NCBI RefSeq assembly: GCF_001194135.2
Contig: NC_068987.1
Location: forward strand, 72,197,159-72,261,158
Source: Octopus bimaculoides
Taxonomy: Eukaryota
Length of the DNA stretch: 64,000 nt
Direction: 5' to 3'
Shown: positions 27,585 through 40,461 of the stretch, piece by piece
Position numbering within the stretch: the stretch's first letter is position 1
How the letters are laid out: every line of letters starts with the position of its first letter
Program-made: the position numbers and the translations under genes
The notes under the pieces: model-generated
Told to the model about the DNA's origin: nothing
Database searches by the model: none
What the model saw: the letters and a program-made list of their open reading frames with translations, nothing else

Positions 27585-28672
27585 GTTTAGGGTAATGTTT
27601 TGGTTTTAATGCTCTATTGATGTTCTACCAGTTATCACTCAACTGTAAAGGAGAAAAACCTACCGCTACAGGAAGAGTTATCTACCTTGTTTTTTAAACG
27701 CTTTGCATAATTAATAGTTGTAATGGAATGAAACAGTTGGGTGCAGCCGTTTGTACGCTGACAATTTGGTACGGCTGACTGGACATCCTACCTATTTTAA
27801 CGACATTATTTTTTTGGTGCTGAAAGTAAACACACGCACACTCGTACAAAAATATATACAGACAGATAAAATGAGAGAGTGCACCACTACCAGCCACCAA
27901 ATGAATTGATCAACAAGAAAACTTCTCTACAACCAATTTAGTTAAGAAGTTTGCTTCCCAGCGACAGTTTTGAGTTTAATCCCACTGTGTGGCACCTTGG
28001 GCAAGTGTTTTCTACTATGGCCCTTCAGCAAATGTTTTCAACAAGCTGCAGACTAACCAAATTCTTGTGGGTGGATTTGGTTGATAGAAACTGATTGTAT
28101 ATGTATCACCTTATCTTGACATTGCATATTTGTAAATGAGTCTCACCATCATACAAGAATATCTCTTTTACTCTTTTACTTGTTTCAGTCATTTGACTGT
28201 GGCCATGCTGGAGCACCGCCTTTAGTCGAGCAAATCGACCCCAGGACTTATTTTTGGGAAGCCTGGTACTTATTCTATCGGTCTCTTTTGCCGAACCGTT
28301 AAGTTATTATTTATTTCCAATATTCTATACACACATGTTTGGCCATGGGCAGATATTACCTAGCTTGGAAACAAGTGAATGTTGTTGACAGGAAGGGCAT
28401 CCAGCTGTAGAAAATCTACCTCAGTAATCCCCACCTGATCCATGCAAGCATGGAAAAGTGAACATTAAAAAGATAACAATGATGGATGAAATATGTACAA
28501 GGGTTGAGGGAATCAACTAAAACTCTTAAAGGTTATGCTTCAACATGGTCATAGTCCAATCACTGAAACTAGTAAAAGTACAAAAAAAAAGAAAATTAAT
28601 AGGTCTGAAGAGGAGATACACATGTGACATAATCCCTTTTATTACTTTTAATTTTCTTTCTCTTCACAACAG

Positions 28673-28836
28673 GTCTTCCGCCACCCACATTTTCTGAATT
28701 GTTTTCAATCTGTTCCCGCCTGAGCTCTATGAAAATTTTATTATCCGAACATGGCCAGATGGATTTACAGATGAAGGTCCGATTAAACATCAGCCAAGAT
28801 GACGTTTTGTTTGCCATGAAGGATATAGACTTATAA
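28673..28836 (+). CDS. ORC1: ORC1 last coding exon
   Basis: LPPPTFSELFSICSRLSSMKILLSEHGQMDLQMKVRLNISQDDVLFAMKDIDL then TAA at 28834-28836 (human RVRLNVSQDDVLYALKDE). Confidence 0.97.
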
Positions 28837-28920
28837 TACAACATACTACTTCATTATTTTTATGTCTTTCTGAAGTCATGACAGAAAATTTTTTTTGTTG
28901 TTTTTTTTTTTCGTTTTACT

Positions 28921-29300
28921 CTTTCTTCATTCACATGTATAATATTGTTCCAAATGTAAATAGTTTTAAACTTAGTCACATTTATTTTTAAGGCTATGGA
29001 CATCAGAATCGGCAGAGCATTAGACAACATGACTTTCAGTATTCTGGGGGTTTTTTTTTCCTCTCTTCATCCATGTGTAATAATATTGTCTCAAATGTAA
29101 ATAGTTTTAAATTTAGTCACTTTTGTTTTTAAAGTTATGGACATCGGATTCAGTAGAGCACTAGACAACATGACTCTCAATATTGTTATTTTTTTCTCTG
29201 TCTCTAATGTAAATAGTTTCAAGTTGTTTTAGTTGTTTTTATTTTTAAAGGATACTAACATCAGAATCAATGGAGCACCAAACAAGCATGACTTATATTC
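28921..29300 (+). repeat. Degenerate tandem repeat, about 140-bp unit, about 2.7 copies, downstream of the ORC1 stop
   Basis: aatgtaaatagttt at 28952, 29093 and 29206; acatc.gaatc...gagca.tagacaacatgact recurs in each unit. Confidence 0.8.
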
Positions 29301-29407
29301 TGTTATGTTTCTTTACATTCTAAATTCAAAAATCTTACTTGAAATAATTTTGCCCCTTCAATCCTGTGTCTGTGTTAATAATTGCTATTACTGAAACAGA
29401 ACATTAA

Positions 29408-29916
29408 CCCTTGAGTATTTAAATTAGCTATATCTGCCCCAAATATTTTACCTTTTTTGTGTTCAAACTAGCCAGATCTGCCTTCCCATACCTACCCTGC
29501 AATGTCATCATCATCATCATCATTTAACGTCCGCTTTCCATGCTAGTATGGGTCGGACGATTTGACTGGGGACTGGCGAACCAGATGGCTACACCAGACT
29601 CCAATCTGATCTGGCAGAGTTTCTACTGCTAGATGCCCTTCCTAACACCAACCACTCCGAGAGTGTAGTGGGTGCTTTTTACGTGCCTCCAGCACAAGGG
29701 CCAGTCCAGCAGTGCTGGCAACGGCCACGCTCAAATGGTGTTTTTACATGCCACCTGCACAGGAGTCAGTCTAATGTTTTGTTCACATGCCACCGGCACA
29801 AGTGCCAAACAATCACACTATCAAAATCTCAAAGCTACTAGATGATGCATGAATAATTAAAAGCAATGTGAATAAATAAGCATTACATTTGACAGAATAA
29901 TATGAATGCTAAAGGA
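29408..29916. mobile_element. piggyBac-like MITE family A, interrupted by an RTE-tail repeat
   Basis: TTAA-flanked. The two halves match 4664-4883 and are split by an insertion at about 29505-29805. Confidence 0.7.
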
Positions 29917-31489
29917 TTAATGTCAGATAATAGTGGACTGGCTGAATTTACACTATTTGTACCAGCAGTTTATGTTCTGAGTTCTGGGGATAAATAAGAT
30001 AAAACACCAGTCAAATATTGAGGTCAATTTAACTGACTATTCCCCTTACCCCTTTCCGATCTTGTGCCTACATTAGAAGCAACATCAGATGCAAAGTTTT
30101 AGTAACTTTCTTTATGACAGTTGCAGTGAAGTAGGTCTCTAGGAGGCTAGTTTACTACTTGAGGGGCTGGTTATTTGTTTCTGTTACTGGCACTGTGAGT
30201 TACATATAACCTTTGCAATGATTCATTTCACTCACTATGGTAATTAGTACCATAGTTGAATATAGTTAACTACTGTAAATAGTAAGAGCACTAGAGTTTT
30301 GCTAGTTTTGGTACCAAGCCAAAATCATCCAAAGGGACCCCAGAGGAGAAGTTAACAAAAAAAACCATTGCATAGTATGCTTCCTTTCATCATCATCATC
30401 ATCATCATCATCATCGTTTGATGTCTGCTTTCCATGCTAGCATGGGTTGGACGATTTGACTGAGGACTGGCAAACCAGATGGCTGCACCAGGCTCCAATT
30501 TGATCTGGCAGAATTTCTACATCTGGATGCCCTTCGTAATGCCAACCACTCCAAGAGTGTAGTGAGTGCTTTTACGTGCCGTTGGCACGTGGTCCATTCA
30601 GGCAGTACTGGCAACAGCCACGCTCAAGTGGTGTTTTTTACATGCCACCTGCACAGGAGCCAGTCCAGCGGCACTGGCAATGACCTCGCTCGAATGATTT
30701 TCTAACATGCCACTGGCTGGTAACGATCACGCTCGAATGGTGCTTTTTATGTGCCACTGGCACAGAAGCCAGTCTTCTGTACAGACATATTACCTAGCTT
30801 GGAAACAAGTGAGTGTTGTTGACAGGAGGCTGAGAAATTCGCTGTAATGTTTCACATGGATCATCTACATCCAACCAATACTAAAGGACATCAGAGCATG
30901 TATATCAATGACAAAGTCATTGATACACACTCTAGCCATCATTGGACTGGGCAGCTGACTTCACTGGCAGTGAGTGGTCACCGGAGAGGCTGGGGAGAAG
31001 TCTGAGACTCACAATATCTAATATCAAGGCAATGGACATCAATAAATGCTTTGTTTCAAAGACAGTATACTATGTGATTTATAAATAATGCAAACAATGT
31101 GAAATAGATTGGCTCAGTAAAAATGTATATTTGCAACCCAATTTGAAATTTGTGTGTTTCAAATTTCAATATCTGGTATGATTACTGTTATCTTTTATGT
31201 AGTTTTAATATAGGGAAATAAATTTTGCATACTTTAAAATCTTTTTTTCCTCTCTCTGTAGGTAGACACACAACAGGCAGCCACTCCTACCAAATTCTTA
31301 CTATAAATTCTTCCTATGACCTTAACGATACTATGTCCAACCACACACATACATAAATAACTACACACATACACACACGTGCTATCATTACATACACACA
31401 CACACCTCCTCTTGCACTCTCCTGTCTTTGAAAAGAACTTTTTCTCCACCCTTTCTCTTTTGGTCATTCCAATATGTGACCGCGTGTAC

Positions 31490-31655
31490 ATCGTCGGTGA
31501 TTTTCTTTCTCTGTCTTCCCTTCTTTGGACTTTTCCTATATTTCTGACGAAGATCTCCGATTGAAATGTTAAATCCTCTTTCTTTTCTTTCCTTTCCTGA
31601 GCGTCCAATAACTCTGTACTTATTCCACGTCCTCGCATTGTTTTTTTTTTCAGTA
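31490..31655 (+). mobile_element. Penelope-like terminal-repeat remnant (sister of 43150-43370)
   Basis: Direct sequence similarity to the reverse complement of 43200-43350, including the ribozyme. Confidence 0.55.
31540..31574 (+). ncRNA. Hammerhead ribozyme, same family as 43263, mildly decayed
   Basis: AUUU CUGACGA A GAUC-ucc-GAUU GAAAU GUU^AAAU. Two CpG-type C>T changes leave wobble pairs. Flanks align with 43200-43350 (minus). Confidence 0.65.
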
Positions 31656-31803
31656 ATCAACATTATGTTTAATATTATGGAATTTTCAAAACAAGAATCT
31701 CAGATGCTTATTGTTTAGTCCAGGTCAACCTTCAGTAAAATTTGAGGGAGATTTGGTTGCTATTTGTACCAGTTCAATGGACCACACATATATTTCAGTA
31801 TAA

Positions 31804-32034
31804 GCGGCGAGCTGGCAGAAACGTTAGCACGCTGGGCGAAATACTTAACGGTATTTCGTCTGCCGCTACGTTCTGAGTTCAAATTCCGCCGAGGTCGACT
31901 TTGCCTTTCATCCTTTCGGGGTCGATTAAATAAGTACCAGTTACGCACTGGGGGTCGGTATTATCGACTTAATCCGTTTGTCTGTCCTTGTTTGTCCCCT
32001 CAGTGTGTAGCCCCTTGTGGGTAGTATAGAAATA
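31804..32034 (+). mobile_element. Young SINE copy with a Meta-domain-like core
   Basis: CpG-rich gcggcgagctggcagaaacgttagc...gttctgagttcaaattcc...gcctttcatcctttcggggtcgattaaataagtaccag. Many decayed copies at about 660, 1190, 1850, 2120, 14020, 19540, 37200, 43850, 57300, 60500 and 63000. Confidence 0.75.
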
Positions 32035-32607
32035 ACACATAAAAACATATCCTGCTGAAGATCATAATAAACTAAATTTTGTAATGGTTTTAAAACTGTA
32101 AACTATGTAAATAATCAAGAAAAATGTGCATTTCATTGGAAAACAATGTTACTGTAACACAAAATTAAAGCAAGTATGGCACACTTTCAAGATTAGCTAG
32201 GTATTGCTATCTTGTTTGGTTCCATATGGTAATGTTATATGTTTTTGGGTACCATTTTGCTTGTATCTCTATCACAAGTCCTTCACTGTACTGAACTAGA
32301 TTGCTGTCTAACCTAACAATTTCCAATGATTTTACTTTTAAGGAACCTTTGGAATGCATTCCATTATCTCAAGAAATTTCCACATATAATATTATATACC
32401 TTTATTGATATTTTTCTTTCGTTTTCATGAAATTAAATTTTGGATGACTGTGTGGTTAAGAAGTTTGTTTCCCAACCATATGGTTTCCCATTCAGTCCTA
32501 TTGAGTAGCATCTTGGGCAAGTGTCTTCTACTATAGATCCAGGAAACCAAGGCCCTGTGAGTGAATTTGGTTGATGGAAATGAAAAGAAGTTTATTATAT
32601 AGACATA

Positions 32608-32823
32608 CAAGGGGGTGCTACAAAGTTTCTGGCCTTGGGTAAAAGAAAATACAGGAGGATCAGTTAATTATAATTTTACTCAACATATTTCCCTCTCAAG
32701 TTCACATACTTATTGCAGCAGTCCTTCAGTTTTTGTAAGCTCTGTAAAAGAATTTGAAAGGTTGGGCCTCCAACCAGGCTTTTCACAATACTTTACAGCC
32801 AGATACTTTTCAGTACCCCTTTG
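32608..32823. mobile_element. Mariner-type MITE (216 bp)
   Basis: TIRs CAAGGGGGTGCTACAAAGTTTCTGGC and GCCAGATACTTTTCAGTACCCCTTTG, TA on both sides. A solo end of the same family is at about 12156-12185. Confidence 0.85.
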
Positions 32824-33554
32824 TATATTTGTGTGTGTCCTTGTCTTGTCATAACATGATGGTTTTAAAGGAGTGGCATTATCATACAAGTAATGCTTTT
32901 CATTTCCAATCTTCTGTGAAACATGTCTGACCATGAGAAAATATTACTTTGCTTGGAAACTGGTCACACAGACACATACATATATGTATATACAAGAAAT
33001 TTCTTTCAGTTTCCATCTACCAAAACCACTCAAAGCATTTCTTGGCCCAGGTCTAAAGTAGCAGACACTTACCCAAGGTGCTGCACAGTGAGACTGAAGC
33101 CACATGGTTAAGAAGCAAGCTTCTTTTAACCACTTTTTTTCCTCCATCCAGAAGTGATTCAATATGCATTTAATTTCGATATTAAAAAATTTTTTTTATA
33201 TAACTCTAAGGGTTCCAGGAAACTCTGGTTGGGAAATGTTGGCCTAACCAATCAACTCGGTAATAGTGGAAAGATGTTATTTAGCTAGCCTTTGTCAGAC
33301 AAATCTGTGAGCAAGGCAATTTCTGCCATAACTGTCTCATTTCTTTATAGTGTATCTAAGACTATATTATGTGATGTGACTTTGTTTTGTTTTTTTAAGG
33401 TGATAATAGTGTGATTTGAAGGGAAAATGTCTGCTATTTCTAGTAGGCTTCCTCATTGTTTTCCCCGGATAAGCCCTGGTCCTGCATACTTGTGATCAAA
33501 TGTTCCAGCTATGACCATCCTGTCTTGTTTTCCAAATGTATTATATCTAGGATT

Positions 33555-33944
33555 GTGGAGGCGCAATGACCCAGTGGTTAGGGCAGCGGACTCGCAGTCA
33601 TAGGATTGCGGTTTCGATTCCCAGACCAGGCGTTGTGAGTGTTTATTGAGCAAAAACATCTAAAGCTCCACGAGGCTCCAGCGGAGGATGGTGGCGAACC
33701 CTGCTGTACTCTTTCACCACTACTTTCTCTCACTCTTTCTTCCTGTTTCTGTTGTGCCTGTAATTCAAAGGGTCAGCCTTGTCACACTGTGTCACGCTCA
33801 ATATCCCCGAGAACTACGTTAAGGGTACACATGTCTGTAGAGTGCTCAGCCACTTGCACGTTAATTTCACGGGCAGGCTGTTCCATTGATCGGATCAACT
33901 GGAACCCTCGACATCGTAAGCGACAGAGTGCCAACTACTACTAC
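33555..33944 (+). mobile_element. Full-length tRNA-derived SINE with 13-bp TSD
   Basis: A box (TGACCCAGTGG) and B box (GGTTTCGATTCC), (CTA)n tail, flanked by the direct repeat TATATCTAGGATT at 33542-33554 and 33945-33957. A partial copy lies at about 6905-7145. Confidence 0.85.
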
Positions 33945-36900
33945 TATATCTAGGATTACATTATCATGATCTTTTCTAAGACAGTAGGATGTTATTTGAG
34001 AGAAATTTTGCAATTATTTCTAGCAGGTTAAACAATTATAAAGGCTTCCTTGTCAGCTCATAGTCGTAGTGAATAATTTGGTAATAGTTCACTGAAGAGA
34101 GCATGGATGGCTAGGTGGACTCAAGATGACCAACCAAAGATATCATCTGTCTTTCACACCCTATCACCAACAAATTATGTTTGTGTCCGCTATAAGGGCG
34201 CATAATTCAGCCTGCTAGTTATTAACAGATACCATAGATCAGGAGTAAACAGGTTCAACTCCAAGCGAGGGTATAATAGCATAGAGAGGGATGTGCTCTG
34301 CTGGTTTCACAAGACCCATTCTCAATACATTGTCTGAAGAGGGTTAACAAATGCAAGAAATAGGGGAATAAATGATAGCATTGGTGTGGAATTTTGGGAT
34401 TGATGTTCCTCAAGTCCTATGCTTCGTTAGAAGAGAAGAGTTTTTCTCTTCATTTTTTTTTTTTTTTGTATTGTTTCATGCAATGGAAATTGCATGACTT
34501 TGAATAATAAAAAAAAAGACTTTTTCCAAAATTTTCGAGTTTTGTTGTTTTGTTTTTAATCTTTATATTCTGTACCCTACCTCGATTCAATAACCTTTTC
34601 TTTCCCTATTGCGTATAAGACTTCAAGGAAACAATTACGCTAAAAGTCCATTTAAGTGTTTATGGCAAACTATAATTAATTTGCAAAACTCATCTATTTT
34701 CCAATATAAACTATTAAACGGTTATTTCAATACTTTGTTCTGTGTGTATTATACATTAGCACTATGAATATGTGTGGGTGGTGCATGTGTATGTGTGTTT
34801 ATTTGCGTACGTGTGTATATATATATATATATATATATGCGCAATGACTCTGAGGAAGCAATTTTTAACAGTTTTAGATTGCGCTTCTGGCTTTTTAAAC
34901 TGGAACATGTAATGCACACACGCATATATATATATGTATATATGGGATGGCCATCTTTTTTTTTTAACCCCAAATCGACCGTGACCAAAGGCCATCCTGT
35001 ATTATTTAGAAACTGTAGCATAACTGCGTTATTCAATGTTCCTTATGTTAAAACAGTAATGTTGTTTGAGAAGATTTACCTGCTATTTCTAGCAGGTTGA
35101 AGAACTACGTGGACGCTCCGTCGTTGACTGGTCATATATAAAATAACGAGGATAGATAAATAGTGACACATTCAATATGGTAATACGAATATGTATTCGT
35201 ATATGTAATTAAGTGAGACCTTATGCCTGTCACCAAGAAATCAATATTGCCATATGGTGAAAGGGGCGTAGAACAGGAAAGGTCAAAGTTCATTCATTCA
35301 CTGAATGATTTGTGTATGTAATTTAAGGTGCTGTTGTTTCTTCGCTGTCCTTTGACCTACTGTTATACATTTAACTGTATCGATTGTCAAAACCGATATG
35401 ATTGGTTGTTTGAAGATTTTTAAATCCAATGAAATTAGATGTATTTACGATCTCCTCTAAACTTGTAAATTGCATCTACAATAGAATAGAATGCAGGTTA
35501 GAAAACTACGGAAGCTGCAACTAGTCATTAAGTAGCTATTAATGTAATATGTTAGACGTCGATGAGAGACCGTTTATAAAGTCAAGAGGAAATAAATAAT
35601 CCATTATAATTAGTAGTCCTGTACAATCTGAATTTTTTTTTACAACAGAAAGAATTATTTATAATGTATCAACATAAGATATTAAGACATGATGTAAATA
35701 TATTATTTACAAATAAGCGTTCGTTAATCAAATCTGAATGTGAATTGAATAGCGGGAACATTTAAAAAAAATTTTTTTTTTAATAAATGTTGTAGATTTA
35801 TTGAGTGGGTGTAATAGAGAAGGATGTGGCTTTATACCTGATCTTGAGCGGCTAAAATGTACCTGACCCTCCATCATATTTTTTATTACATCTGGTTGAT
35901 TTATTGACTTTATAGAAATGCTAAGATCATTTTATAACAGGAATGTTTGTGTGTGTGTGCTGATGACGCCTGCTATGGCTGAAGCATGTCCTCAACTGTC
36001 TTCTTGTCTGTAGACAATCAAATTGTCTTCTTAGCATCGTATCAAAATTGAAGCATTTTTTTGGTCTTGAGATTATCTCCCCTCGTTATTTTGATTTGAT
36101 CGCAGTTGTCATAAAGCCTACGTTTATTTTCCTCAGAAACAGAAAATAATTTCAATAAATGAAGAATTTATCTTGTATAGTTTTGTGTGTTGTGTACTGC
36201 CACTTGTCACCTCTTTTCTGGGCCACTCCTATTTCTTTCACCTTCCACCCAACTCAACTGATATTCACCATCAACCACACCTTCACTTTTGTTCATCATT
36301 CACTATATTCACCCTTGTGAAAGCATATGGCTAAGTGATTAGGCTATGACACTCACGATCGTGGTTTCAATTCCTGAACCAGGTGGTGCATTGTATTTTG
36401 AGGAAAGCACTTCACCTCACATTGCTCTATGATCACTCCAACACTGCACCTATTCAAGCAATGTCGATTTGATGGAGGGAGTAAGCTACTGTACAGTACA
36501 CACATTTGATCACTATAAACAAAGCATTTGCACAGAGTCAACATTAAATTGCAGAATCATCTTTCTCGGGGTGATCTCAGATTAGTATCAAAAGGATTAA
36601 GCAGGAATCAAGACTGTCACATATTGTTTCATGTGAAGTTTGTGAAGCCCATGAGAGAATCTGTATGTGGTTGATCTATCTGACAGAAACACCAACCATC
36701 TTAATCTCCCTCCAACCACAGTCCTATTTACATTTTACTTGAAAAAAATGCTGGATGGTCATGTTGGAAACATCATCATCATTTAGCATCTGTTTTCCAT
36801 GCTGGTATGGGTTAGATGGTTTGATTGGAACTAGTAAGTCAGAGGGCCATACCAGGCTCCAGTTTGGTTTGGCTTGGTTTCAACAGGTGGATGCCCTTCC

Positions 36901-37498
36901 TAACACCAAGCACTCCAAGAGTGTAGTGGGTGTCTTTTACAGGTCACTGGCACAGGTGCCTTATACGTGTCACTGGCATAGGTACCTTGTATGTGTCACC
37001 AGCATAAGTACCTTTACATGTCACCAGCACAGGCCACAACTATGATTTCACTTGTCTTGATATGTCTTCTCAAGCACAGCAAATCGCCAAAAGTTTCAAT
37101 CACTTGTCATTGCCTCTTATAGATTTGTTGAATCAGAGTTGACCAAGGCTTATACAACAAGAATTCTTTTTAATTCTGACACAAGGCCTGCAATTTGAAG
37201 GGGAAGAAGAAAGCCAATTACGTTGACCCCAGTACTTGATTGCTACTTTAGTTTATTGATCCCTGAGGAATAAAAGACAAACTTTACCCTGGTGGAATTT
37301 GAATTTACAATATAAAAAGTTGGGAGAAATGCCAAAAAGCATTTTTGTCCAACATACCAAAAATTCTGCCAGCATACAGCCTTAGATTGTACATCAATAA
37401 CAACAATGAAAATGGCAGTGATGTCAACTGGAAGTTTGCCTTTTGCTCTACAAAACTAGCTATGTAATGATTAATGAATTACTTAAATGATGTCTTAA

Positions 37499-37722
37499 CT
37501 CTTTAGCATTCAGATTACTCTATCAAATTATTCACTTATTTATTCAAATATTGTTTTAAACTAATCATACATTTTATCTCATAGCTTTGAGATTTTGATG
37601 ATGTAATCATTTAATTTTAGAATGACATTGTAGGGTAAGTATGAAAGGTTGAATCCAGTCAGTTTGAGCATATAACAGGTAGAATATTTTGACCTGATAT
37701 GGTTGCTTTAAATGATAAAAGA
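37499..37722. mobile_element. piggyBac-like MITE family A, opposite orientation
   Basis: TTAA|CTCTTTAGCATT ... AATGATAAAAGA|TTAA; reverse-complement similarity to 4664-4883. Confidence 0.7.
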
Positions 37723-39545
37723 TTAATGGCACTATTCTTTCTAATTTTTGTTGTTAATCATAATGCTATAGACCTTGTTATATAAAACATAACATTACAT
37801 GTGAAATATGATACATAATATAAAAATATAATTTCTTCATTAAAAACAATATGAAAAGAAAACATTATTCTTTTAACAAATTTATTAATCGTCTATGGCA
37901 GTTATTGATCAGTTACATCAGTCCCAACACCTACATCAAAAAGCTAAAAATTTGGAATGTAAAATCACAAAACATACTTAACCTTCATTTAATCAAAAAT
38001 CATTAGGATTCTCACTGAGTAACCAAAATTGAATCATGCAGCAATTCATTACATTTCTCAATATTCTTTACTCACTCTCACACACATATACACACGTGTG
38101 TGTGTGTGTGTGTGTGCAACTCTCTCTCTCTTTCTCACTCTCTGTGTGTATGTAAGATATTTAAGAAGATATGTCTGTTTGATGAAACCTCATTATATTT
38201 AAAACAATATTTTATTATTCTTGTAAAACCGTTTTTTTTTTAATAGTGTAGAAACAGCTGTAATTTACTAGATGTGTCATTTGTTTGTATAAAATAATAA
38301 AATTGAATTGAATTTATCATTTAATGATTAAATTATTTAATTGTTCAATTTATTATTTTGGTTTCCATTGTAACATTCTCTGTTTTTTTTTCCGTCCTTG
38401 TTTTCATATGCATTCACTGCTTTCATCTAAGGAAAAACTTCTTAGCTTAGTTTTTCCTTGGGGCTGGCCAGATTGGAATATAACCAGCCAAAACTGCAAA
38501 GATAATCTGGAACTCAACTGAGGAAAGAAAACTCCGAATTTCTACTCTATTCCTTTCTCTTGCTAACTATGCTTTCACAAACAATCACCTCCACTTCTTC
38601 CTTGGTCACTTAGTTAATAGCAGTTGTCAATTATTTGAATACAAATGAGATTAAACTTGAATGTGGGCAGGATCTGTATGAAGATGAAGTGAAGATATTA
38701 CTTTTTAATCACAGACCAAACCATATAGTATTTAGTGGAGAGAGAATCTTTCCTTCTAAAATGCAGACAGAACCATGTAGTGTGTACTTTATACTAGCTA
38801 AATGTAGGCAAACATATTTAGTAGTAACCCGAATATAATTTTTAATCAATTGAAATTATACCCATTATGAAAAAGAGCCATTAGTGCTAATGACAATTAA
38901 TTTTAAAGGTGACAAGGGAAAAACTTTGCTACTTAAACTGACTCAAAATTAAATTGAGATATGGAGTGGATGAATGAGTTTGATCATTAATAACTATGTT
39001 AACAATTCTGGACATATTTCAACTTTATTACACCTTTTTAGTGAAACTTAAGCACCAGACCACAGAATGACTTAAAGAATTTATATCAAACACAAGCAAC
39101 TTTTTTGAGGAGTGGGCTGCATGAGACATGATTCAAGTCACACTACTGAAACAATTCAAGGTCATCCTGCAGGTCACAGTTTGTCCCTGAAGAGTTTATA
39201 GTTTTGGTGTGAAAATAATTTGCTAGTTATGTACATTTGAAATAAATATCAGATTCAGTTCACCAATTTCCTCATCTCTCCATGCCATACAAACTTATTG
39301 AAATTCACTATTATTACTGCTATAAAAAAAAAAAAAGATAAAATTAAAATGGAGTAGTTTTGCTGAAGCATTATGTTAAAAAGATCTATTGTGTAAACCT
39401 GGAATGATGCAAGAAGGTACAAAGTAAACTATAAAAGGAAAAGGAAAACAAAGCAAAACAAAATTGCAATTTTTACCTAGTGTTTCTATATTTCGCGGTT
39501 ATGACCCATTCTTTAGGACATTTGGAAAAAGTAAGGGATGGAAGT

Positions 39546-39990
39546 GTGGCTGAATGGTTAAGAAGTTTGCTTCTCAACCTATGGTTTTGAGTTCAGTCCC
39601 ACTGTGTGACACCTCTGGCAAGTGTCTTCTACTATAGCCCTTGGCCAATCAAAGCCTTTTGAATGGATTTGGTAGACAGGAACTGAAAGAAGCCTGTGAT
39701 TGTATGTATGTATGTATGTATATGTGTGTGTGTGTGTGTGTGAATGTGTGTATGTGTATGCATGCTTGTGTTTCCTTGTATTGGCATTGGGTGATTGTGG
39801 TCAATGAAAGTCATTTCTTTCCAATATTCTGGGAAAATGTTTGACCATGGGGAAATATTAACCTTGCTTGGAAACAGGTAAGGGTTGGTGACAGGCAAAG
39901 CATCTGGCCACAGAAAATTTACCTCAACAAACTCTGTCCAATCCATATAAGTAGGAAAAGTGGACATCAAAACAATAATGATAATGATAA
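39546..39990 (+). mobile_element. SINE family with gtggctg...gtaagaag head and internal microsatellite
   Basis: Head, caccttgggcaagtgtcttctactatagcc core, (TG)n middle, and RTE-like tail. Related copies at about 3655, 7600, 16200, 25460, 27060, 27940, 32450, 44330 and 53450. Confidence 0.7.
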
Positions 39991-40461
39991 TGATAATGAT
40001 TATTGATGTAGTTGAAGGTATGTTATGTTTAAGGAAGAGGACAGCCAATTCAGCAACCAAAACCAACACTATACCATGATGGGTATGGTCCACAGACTGA
40101 GAAGTAAAAATGGTAAAAAAAAAAAAAAAAGCAGCAGCAGTCATTATTTTTAATCTGAACAGTCAGCTTGACTACAGCAAAGGTAATGGCATTCAGACTG
40201 TTTCTTCTTTACCATCATCCATATCAGTCATCAATACCATTATTATCAGTGCAAAAGTATATTTCATTAACCCTGTTATGTTATCAAAGTCTGGATCTTG
40301 TATAACATTTCTTGTATTATATTCTTTTAATCATCTTCAGGAACCTCAATTGAGTCACTATGTGGAAACCGGTTCTGTTGTACGCCAGAATAGGAAGACA
40401 CTGTGTGAGAGTAGTCAGCTATCTTGGATGGGGAGTATTTACTAAATATTCCCCTTCCAAG

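Noticed and set aside
33557-33625. tRNA gene
   Set aside because: The A and B boxes belong to a SINE head. The cloverleaf is incomplete and continues into a SINE body with a TSD.
38517-38545. Hammerhead-like CTGAGGA...CCGAAT (also 50066-50090)
   Set aside because: Both copies have GAAT instead of GAAA, stem II is mismatched, and there is no consistent stem I or III.
40327-40441. Possible minus-strand terminal exon (KYSPSKIADY...EVPEDD*)
   Set aside because: Only 37 codons, purine-rich acceptor context, no recognisable homology and no partner exons.
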